DNA of 64,000 nucleotides. Origin: Candidatus Latescibacterota bacterium (GTDB lineage: Bacteria > Latescibacterota > UBA2968). Below are positions 57,941-64,000 of the stretch, one piece after another (positions within the stretch are counted from its first letter, which is position 1; each line of letters begins with the position of its first letter). The translations under genes and the position numbers were made by a program. The stretch spans positions 1,504,001 through 1,568,000 of the forward strand of contig OZ241986.1 of NCBI GenBank assembly GCA_965204375.1, in the 5' to 3' direction. Under the pieces are notes generated by a model. That model was not told where the DNA came from and searched no databases. It worked only from the letters and a program-made list of their open reading frames with translations.

Positions 57941-58012
57941 ATGCGTGGCGTTGATAGGGTGTTGGAGGATCGAAGGGAATACAAAACGAGTAATTGATCA
58001 GGAGGAGGTTTT

Positions 58013-58657
58013 ATGAATACAAATTTTTCCCAAGAGGTCGTTTTTTCAGATGACGCGGCAATGGGGCGGGCGGGGATGTCGAGGCGCGATTTTATCAAAG
58101 GGATTATTGCCACTGGCGCGTCTATTTCTGCAATGGGATATGTGTTTGGAGGCTGTGCGGGTGATATGGGTAGCGCGCCGGGCGCGGTTGAGCGGCTCAT
58201 TTCTCTAAATGTAAATGGTCGCGTGCGTCGCGTTGATGTTTTGCCACAGGAAACACTGGCGATGACGTTGCGGTATAAGCTGGGGCTTACGGGCACAAAG
58301 CTGGGATGCGATCGGGGTGAATGCGGTGCGTGTACGGTGCTGGTTGACGATGTGGCGATGTATTCGTGTTCGACTTTAACCCACCGCGTACGGGGCCGTT
58401 CGGTTGTGACTGTTGAGGGCCTTGAAGGTGAAGATGGCGCGCTACATCCGGTGCAGCGAGCATTTATTGAAGAACTGGGGCCTCAGTGCGGATTTTGCAC
58501 GCCGGGGCAGGTGATGTCTGCTGTAGCGCTGCTCAAGATCAACCCGAGTCCAACCCGCGAAGAAGCGAGGGTTGCCATGTCTGGAAACCTTTGTCGCTGT
58601 GGTGCTTACGACAATTATCTAAACTCAGTGATGCGCGCAGCAAAGGAGGCTTCTTAA
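58013..58657 (+). CDS. 2Fe-2S subunit of molybdenum hydroxylase with Tat signal (PaoA-like)
   Basis: SRRDFIK, GCDRGECGAC, QCGFCTPG and GNLCRC motifs. Confidence 0.92.
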   Translation: MNTNFSQEVVFSDDAAMGRAGMSRRDFIKGIIATGASISAMGYVFGGCAGDMGSAPGAVERLISLNVNGRVRRVDVLPQETLAMTLRYKLGLTGTKLGCDRGECGACTVLVDDVAMYSCSTLTHRVRGRSVVTVEGLEGEDGALHPVQRAFIEELGPQCGFCTPGQVMSAVALLKINPSPTREEARVAMSGNLCRCGAYDNYLNSVMRAAKEAS

Positions 58658-61054
58658 ATGGCATATCAATTGATTGGCAAGGATTTTACGCCGCCAGATG
58701 TGGCGGCAAAGGTTACGGGTAAGGCAAAATACGCCGAGGATTTTCGCGCTGAGGGCATGGTGTTTTGTCGCTTGCTTTTGAGTACAATGCCCCATGCGCG
58801 CGTTCGCAACATCGATATGTCTGAAGCGATGATGATGGAAGGCGTTTTGGGTATTTTGACGGCTGATGAGGTGCCCGAGCAAAGAGCGCCGAACAATCCC
58901 ATTTTGACAAATAATCCCCATTATGTGGGGGATCCGATTCTGGCGGTTGCCGCGCTCGACGAGCAGACTGCACAGGATGCGATTGACAAAATTGCGATTG
59001 ATTATGAACCCCTGCCCTTTACGCTCGATCCCCTGGAGAGTCTTTATCCCGGTGGCACAAATGCCCGAGAAGAAGGCAATATTCGCAACCGGCGTTCGGG
59101 AAGCGAGACAATCAAATGGACTGCTGGAGATTTTGTCGATAAGGATGTGTGTCCAACGGGCAAACCCGCAACTGAGTGGTCTTATGGCGAGGTTGATCGG
59201 GGGTTTGAAAATGCAAAATTGATCGTGGATGAGAGCTTTGTCACGGCAAATAATCCGCATCATTCGATGGAACCCCGGTCATGCATGGCTTTATGGCAAA
59301 ACGGCAAGTGTTTCGTGTATGGTGCAACGCAAAGCCAGAGCCGTCCCACGCGCGACCTGGCCCGTCTCCTGGGGATGGATTCTGAAAATCTGGTTTATAT
59401 CGCGGAATACTGCGGAGGCGGTTTTGGTTCCAAAGGCACGGCGTATCCCGTGATGGCTATTCCGCCGCTTATGTCCAAAAAAGTCGGACGCCCCGTGATG
59501 ATGCGTATCAGTCGCGCGGAAGAGTATTTTATCGGGTCTGCGCGTCACGGCTTTCAGGGGCGAATAAAAATTGGTTTTCGCGACAATGGGCGGATCAGTG
59601 CGCTGGATATGTACATAATTCAGGAGAATGGCGCCTATCGCGGCGGTGGTGATTGGACCGCTGCTGGCGATGCGGTTTCGCTGGTTTATACACCCGAGGC
59701 GATGCGCTTTCGAGGAATTCCCGTATATACCAATACACCAATCAGGGGGGCACAGCGTGGTCCCGGACAAAATCAGATCGCCTGTGTGGTCGAGCCTTTG
59801 CTCGACAAGGCAGCCGAGGAATTGGGCATTGATCAACTGGCGATTCGGCGCACCAATGCACCCGATAACGATTCGAAATACGGGCGCAGACAAGGACCTG
59901 TTACGAGCGTTTATATGCGCGAGGCACTGGAGAAAGGCGGCAGAGCTTTTGATTGGGCAGGGAAAAAGCAAAAAAGCCGTCAGAAGAGTGGCTCAAAGGT
60001 TATTGGTGTGGGGATTGGACAGGCTTATCACTCGGCGGGTTCAAGTAAGTTTGATGGTCTGGTGCGCTTGACGCCAGAGGGCAAGTTGCACATTCATTCG
60101 GGCGTTGGCAATCTCGGCACGTTTTCGCACACTGCAACCTCTCTCGCAGCCGCCGAAGTGTTGACGTGTAAATGGGAAAATTGCGTGATTGAGCGGGGCG
60201 ATAGCCGCCGTCATTTGCCGTGGAACCACGCACAGTGGGGGAGCAATACCTCGTTTACGATGACGCGCACGAATTATGTTGCGGCTGTAGATGCGAAGAA
60301 CAAATTGCTGGAGATTGCGGCAAAGGACCTGGGTGGCTCTCCCGGTGATTACGATCTGGCTGATGAGCGTGTTGTGCATAGAACGGACAAATCTAAAAGT
60401 ATGGGATTTGCAGATGCTGCAAAACGCGCAATTGAACTGGGGGGCAAGTACGATGGACATGAAGCCCCTGAGGATATTCACGACATGACAAAAACCGCGG
60501 TTGCCGCGCTGGCGGGCACGGGTTTGATCGGTGTTGCGAAAGACAATCTGAAGCACGAGGGCGTTGTGCCGGCCATGGCTGTTGGATTTATCGAGATTGA
60601 ATTGGATACCGAAACCGGAAAGTACGAGATTTTGGATTACGTGGGAGTTGCAGAATGCGGTACGGTGCTACATCCACAGGGATTGGAGACGCAGATCAAA
60701 GGCGGAGCAGTTATGGGATTTGGTCTGGCTGCGCTGGAGCGATACGTATATGATCCGCAAAACGGCCTTCCCGCAAATATGGGACTTTATCAGTGCAAGC
60801 CGCCGTCTTATCTCGATGTTCCATCTGAGATGAAAACAGAGGTGGTCGATATCGCTGATCCTCAAAATCCAGTCGGTGCTAAGGGGATTGGTGAGCCTGT
60901 GCAAGGGTGTGCCGCTGCCGCACTTTTGTGCGCGATTTCAGATGCGCTGGGCGGGCATTATTTTAATCGCATGCCTGTGACGACTGATCATATTGTCAAT
61001 GCAGCCGCAGGACGCGAGCAGTCGTATAAGGCGCTGCAGGTGAATACGGTATGA
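58658..61054 (+). CDS. Xanthine dehydrogenase family molybdopterin-binding subunit
   Basis: KVTGKAKY, GGGFGSK, RGPG and GAKGIGEP motifs. Confidence 0.93.
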   Translation: MAYQLIGKDFTPPDVAAKVTGKAKYAEDFRAEGMVFCRLLLSTMPHARVRNIDMSEAMMMEGVLGILTADEVPEQRAPNNPILTNNPHYVGDPILAVAALDEQTAQDAIDKIAIDYEPLPFTLDPLESLYPGGTNAREEGNIRNRRSGSETIKWTAGDFVDKDVCPTGKPATEWSYGEVDRGFENAKLIVDESFVTANNPHHSMEPRSCMALWQNGKCFVYGATQSQSRPTRDLARLLGMDSENLVYIAEYCGGGFGSKGTAYPVMAIPPLMSKKVGRPVMMRISRAEEYFIGSARHGFQGRIKIGFRDNGRISALDMYIIQENGAYRGGGDWTAAGDAVSLVYTPEAMRFRGIPVYTNTPIRGAQRGPGQNQIACVVEPLLDKAAEELGIDQLAIRRTNAPDNDSKYGRRQGPVTSVYMREALEKGGRAFDWAGKKQKSRQKSGSKVIGVGIGQAYHSAGSSKFDGLVRLTPEGKLHIHSGVGNLGTFSHTATSLAAAEVLTCKWENCVIERGDSRRHLPWNHAQWGSNTSFTMTRTNYVAAVDAKNKLLEIAAKDLGGSPGDYDLADERVVHRTDKSKSMGFADAAKRAIELGGKYDGHEAPEDIHDMTKTAVAALAGTGLIGVAKDNLKHEGVVPAMAVGFIEIELDTETGKYEILDYVGVAECGTVLHPQGLETQIKGGAVMGFGLAALERYVYDPQNGLPANMGLYQCKPPSYLDVPSEMKTEVVDIADPQNPVGAKGIGEPVQGCAAAALLCAISDALGGHYFNRMPVTTDHIVNAAAGREQSYKALQVNTV

Positions 61055-61069
61055 GTAGGGGGAAATAAG

Positions 61070-62059
61070 ATGCTCAGAGATATGATGGCTAATTTTGAAT
61101 TGTACCAGCCCACGGCGATAGACCACGCGCTGAATTTAATGGATCGCTATGGCGATGATGGTTGGGTTCTGGCAGGCGGTCAGGATAGTTTTGACTGGTT
61201 TAAGGACCGCGCCAAGAAACCCCAAGCAGTTATCGATATTAATGGTATTGATGATTTGCATGGGATTCGCGAAACAGCCGATGGGGTTGAGATTGGTGCG
61301 CTGACCACGCTGACAGAGATTGAGACAAGTGCGCTGATTAAAGAGAAATACGGCGTGTTGGCCGATGCTGCACGGCATGTTGCAAGCCCGCAAATTCGCA
61401 ATGTGGGAACGATTGGGGGCAATGTCTGTCAGGATGCACGGTGCTGGTATTATCGGTATGGACTGGATTGTTATCGCGCGGGTGGAAATACGTGTTATGC
61501 CGATACGCCCGAGGGAATTGACCGCGAACATTGCCTTTTTGGGGCGGATCGGTGTATTGCCGTGTCGCCTTCAGATACCGCACCCGCACTTGTTGCCCTC
61601 GATGCGCGTATGGTGGTTGTAAATAGCGATGGGGAAAAAGAGGTGCAGGCAGAGGACTTTTTCATTGGTCCAGATGTGGATATTATGCGCATGACGATTT
61701 TGCAACCGGGTGATTTGCTCAAGTCGATTGTGATTCCCAACACCTGGGCAGGTGCACGTTTTTATTTTGAAAAGGTGGCCGAAAGGAACACCTGGGATTT
61801 CGCGCTGGTCAATATTGCCTCTGCGATGAAGGTGGATAACGACGCGATTGCCGATATCCGAATAGCATGCGGCAGTGTTGCCTGTGTGCCGCTGCGCTTG
61901 ACGGTTGTGGAAGAGGTGGTCAAGGGCAGTCCCCAAAATGGTGCGTCTGCCGATCTCGCTGCGAGTGCGGCAACCCGGGGCGCCACACCGCTGAATTACA
62001 ATGGGTTTAAAATTCCCCTTATGGAAAGTCTGGTCAAACGGGCAATACGAGAGAGTTGA
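61070..62059 (+). CDS. FAD-binding subunit (PaoB-like, with Cys-rich insert)
   Basis: AGGQD, ASPQIRNVGTIGGNVCQDARCWYYR, and C...C...PSD. Confidence 0.92.
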   Translation: MLRDMMANFELYQPTAIDHALNLMDRYGDDGWVLAGGQDSFDWFKDRAKKPQAVIDINGIDDLHGIRETADGVEIGALTTLTEIETSALIKEKYGVLADAARHVASPQIRNVGTIGGNVCQDARCWYYRYGLDCYRAGGNTCYADTPEGIDREHCLFGADRCIAVSPSDTAPALVALDARMVVVNSDGEKEVQAEDFFIGPDVDIMRMTILQPGDLLKSIVIPNTWAGARFYFEKVAERNTWDFALVNIASAMKVDNDAIADIRIACGSVACVPLRLTVVEEVVKGSPQNGASADLAASAATRGATPLNYNGFKIPLMESLVKRAIRES

Positions 62060-62214
62060 TGGATATTTTTCGATATACCAGCGATGCCTGGGGACAGCGG
62101 GTTTTAGAAGGTCTTTCGTGGGATTTGATCGGGTATTTTGTAGGTGCTGGCGTTGTGTTTATTGTTTTGCATGCGGGTTATATGCACTTTTTGGTGAAAA
62201 AAAACGGTCAATGA
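62059..62214 (+). CDS. Small membrane protein (51 aa), possibly the N-terminal part of the cytochrome b
   Basis: Manual translation MDIFRYTSDAWGQRVLEGLSWDLIGYFVGAGVVFIVLHAGYMHFLVKKNGQ, with TGATG and ATGA overlaps on either side. Confidence 0.7.
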   Translation: MDIFRYTSDAWGQRVLEGLSWDLIGYFVGAGVVFIVLHAGYMHFLVKKNGQ

Positions 62215-62834
62215 ATGCTCTGCTGAGACATACGCTCGCTACCCGAATCAATCACTGGTTGATGGCTGCGTGTATGATTGCCCTGTTGTTGACTGGTTTT
62301 TTGCCAATTTTGGGAATCAAGTTTGCATGGGTGACGCTGCACTGGGTTTCTGGGGTGATTTTTACTGCTTCTGTTTTGTTTCACATTATTTACGCCCTGA
62401 CCCGACAAGACTGGCGGTCTATGTGGATTGCGCGAGGAGAATTTGCAGATGTTCTTTCCTCGCTGTCGGGTTCGATCAAGGCTTTGAAAGTGTCCCCCGG
62501 CAAATACTGGCTGATGCAAAAGGTTTATCACCATATCGTGGCGATTATGAGTCTGGTTGCTATTGTGACGGGTATTTTGATGTTGCTTAAAATTGATTCG
62601 CCTTTCTGGACGCGCGATCCTTATGTTTTTTCAGGCAAGAGCTGGGGGATTATTTATGTTTTGCACGATTTTTCGGGTCTGTGTTTTATTCCACTGATTA
62701 TGATGCATGTTTATTTTGCAATACGGCCGGAGAAACTTTTTTATACGCGCTCGATGATTAAAGGGTGGATTACAGACGAGGAATATCGCGCACATCACGA
62801 TCCAGAGAAGTGGGTTGTAAAAAGAAAGGGCTGA
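62211..62834 (+). CDS. Di-heme cytochrome b (FdnI/Ni-hydrogenase cytochrome b-like)
   Basis: RINHW, LHW, GKY..MQK, VLHD and MMHVY; four TM segments. Confidence 0.85.
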   Translation: MNALLRHTLATRINHWLMAACMIALLLTGFLPILGIKFAWVTLHWVSGVIFTASVLFHIIYALTRQDWRSMWIARGEFADVLSSLSGSIKALKVSPGKYWLMQKVYHHIVAIMSLVAIVTGILMLLKIDSPFWTRDPYVFSGKSWGIIYVLHDFSGLCFIPLIMMHVYFAIRPEKLFYTRSMIKGWITDEEYRAHHDPEKWVVKRKG

Positions 62835-62841
62835 TCAACGA

Positions 62842-63222
62842 ATGGCAGATGTTTTCTCAGAGTGGGCACAACATATTGAAGCGATAGAGTCGGGCTATGA
62901 ATTGATGCTGGCTTATGCCGCGCAGGGTATAGAAGGAGATGACGCGCCAGACTCTCAGATTCGACACGCGCTAAAAGAGATGAATAACGCACTCGATAAT
63001 CTGGGAGAATCTGCAGCACTTATCGCAAGAGAAAAGGGACTTGCGGATTATCGAGATTTTTTGGACGCAATGAATGCCGATGCGAAAAGAGCACAGGCGG
63101 GCATTCATCTCGTGCTGGGCAAGTCCGCCCTCAGTTCCCAGTTGATCGATAACTTAAATGCCTCTATCCATTTACGCGCACTGCTGACCGATTTGTTTTT
63201 GATTGATGAGGCTTTGAAATGA
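62842..63222 (+). CDS. Hypothetical helical protein in the Mo-hydroxylase operon
   Basis: 126-aa ORF 7 bp after cytochrome b; IESGYELMLAYAAQG and IDNLNASIHLRALLTDLFL. Confidence 0.75.
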   Translation: MADVFSEWAQHIEAIESGYELMLAYAAQGIEGDDAPDSQIRHALKEMNNALDNLGESAALIAREKGLADYRDFLDAMNADAKRAQAGIHLVLGKSALSSQLIDNLNASIHLRALLTDLFLIDEALK

Positions 63223-63247
63223 GATTGTAGATTTTATGTTTTGTATC

Positions 63248-63280
63248 AAAAGGTCGTGAATATGACTCACGGCCTTTTTT
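63248..63280. terminator. Bidirectional terminator
   Basis: AAAAGGTCGTGA...TCACGGCCTTTTTT between convergent genes. Confidence 0.75.
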
Positions 63281-63292
63281 GAGTATTACGTA

Positions 63293-64000
63293 TCAGGGAC
63301 ACTCGCCGCGTGTAAGTCTGCTCTGGATGTCGTCCAATACAGCCGGTACATCCCAGATACCATCGACGACATAGTGTGCGCCAGACTGATGCATGCGCTG
63401 ATATACAGCCTCGAGTTGTGTTTGCAGTACTTCGGGATCAAGGCGGTTGATTTCTTCTTCGTTTAGACCGATTTCATTTCCCGTTTTTGCAAGTCCAATA
63501 GTCCACATGCCTGCATTGAGACCTTCTTCGATGCCGGGGATCGTGTCATCGACTTTGACACAGGCTGAAAAGGGGTACACGCCCAGTTGCATGGCATTTT
63601 GCACACACATCCACGGTGCTGGACGGCCTTCGGGAACGTCGGTTGCACATACAGTTGCATCGGGTTCATAACCGCGCTTTTTGGCTTCTTCCTGCAAGAG
63701 TGCCATCATTTCACCTGTATATCCGGTGGTTGATCCTATTTTTAATCCGCGCTTGCGAAACTCGGCAACGGCTTCCAGTGTACCGGGAATCAAATCGGCG
63801 TATTCAGCCAGGCAACTCAGTTGAAGGGGCACAAATGCTTCAAACATCGCATCGATATCCGATTCCTGCGGCGGTCGATTGTAGGTCTCTTCCCAGCGCT
63901 GGTGTACAGATGCGATTTGAGATATCTTGCGGATGTGGACTTTTTTATGCGCTCCCATTGGCGCACGCGCCTCGGCCATGCTGATGGGTACTCGCATGCG
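63293..64000 (-). CDS. phnX: Phosphonoacetaldehyde hydrolase (5' end outside window)
   Basis: EARAPMGAHKKVHI, IGSTTGY, GRPAPWM, VKVDDT..GIEEG and TGNE motifs. Confidence 0.92.
   Translation of the reverse strand, partial: RMRVPISMAEARAPMGAHKKVHIRKISQIASVHQRWEETYNRPPQESDIDAMFEAFVPLQLSCLAEYADLIPGTLEAVAEFRKRGLKIGSTTGYTGEMMALLQEEAKKRGYEPDATVCATDVPEGRPAPWMCVQNAMQLGVYPFSACVKVDDTIPGIEEGLNAGMWTIGLAKTGNEIGLNEEEINRLDPEVLQTQLEAVYQRMHQSGAHYVVDGIWDVPAVLDDIQSRLTRGECP

Noticed and set aside
62001-62210. N-terminal extension of the cytochrome b ORF
   Set aside because: It overlaps the FAD subunit and a better 51-aa ORF in another frame.
1-64000. tRNA, rRNA, integrase or prophage genes
   Set aside because: None recognised by eye in intergenic regions or ORFs. 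A tRNAscan/Infernal run would be needed to exclude them fully.

Overview
This 64 kb window is bacterial chromosome. The FlgD/T9SS-like C-terminal domain, cohesin and dockerin modules, DUF5916, and expanded sulfatase, PhyH and Gfo/Idh/MocA families suggest a Gram-negative FCB-group organism such as Latescibacterota (inference only). Core and metabolic genes include a tetrapyrrole operon (ccsA-like, sirC-like, hemA, hemC, cobA-hemD), anmK, galU, mreBC, asd under a lysine riboswitch, glaH, hsp20-clpB behind a sigma-54 promoter, sulfatases, transporters, a Tat-exported molybdenum hydroxylase operon with a cytochrome b, and phnX. Main highlights: (1) a tightly coupled five-gene ExbB/ExbD-type ion-motor operon with a TonB-like protein, a TPR protein and a PEGA protein, but no TonB-dependent receptor or TolB/Pal; (2) an accessory islet beside it with a PD-(D/E)XK nuclease, a Cas2-like gene, a coiled-coil repeat gene, duplicated promoters and a protein-free IS200/IS605 element that keeps a promoter and an omegaRNA-like end; (3) ClpB with an in-frame loss of its N-domain; (4) tandem PhyH copies with an HxG (halogenase-like) motif flanking a variable cargo slot, where an IS1380-like MITE splits the promoter of an orphan methylase. 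No tRNA, rRNA or CRISPR array was seen. All calls come from reading motifs; no database searches were run.
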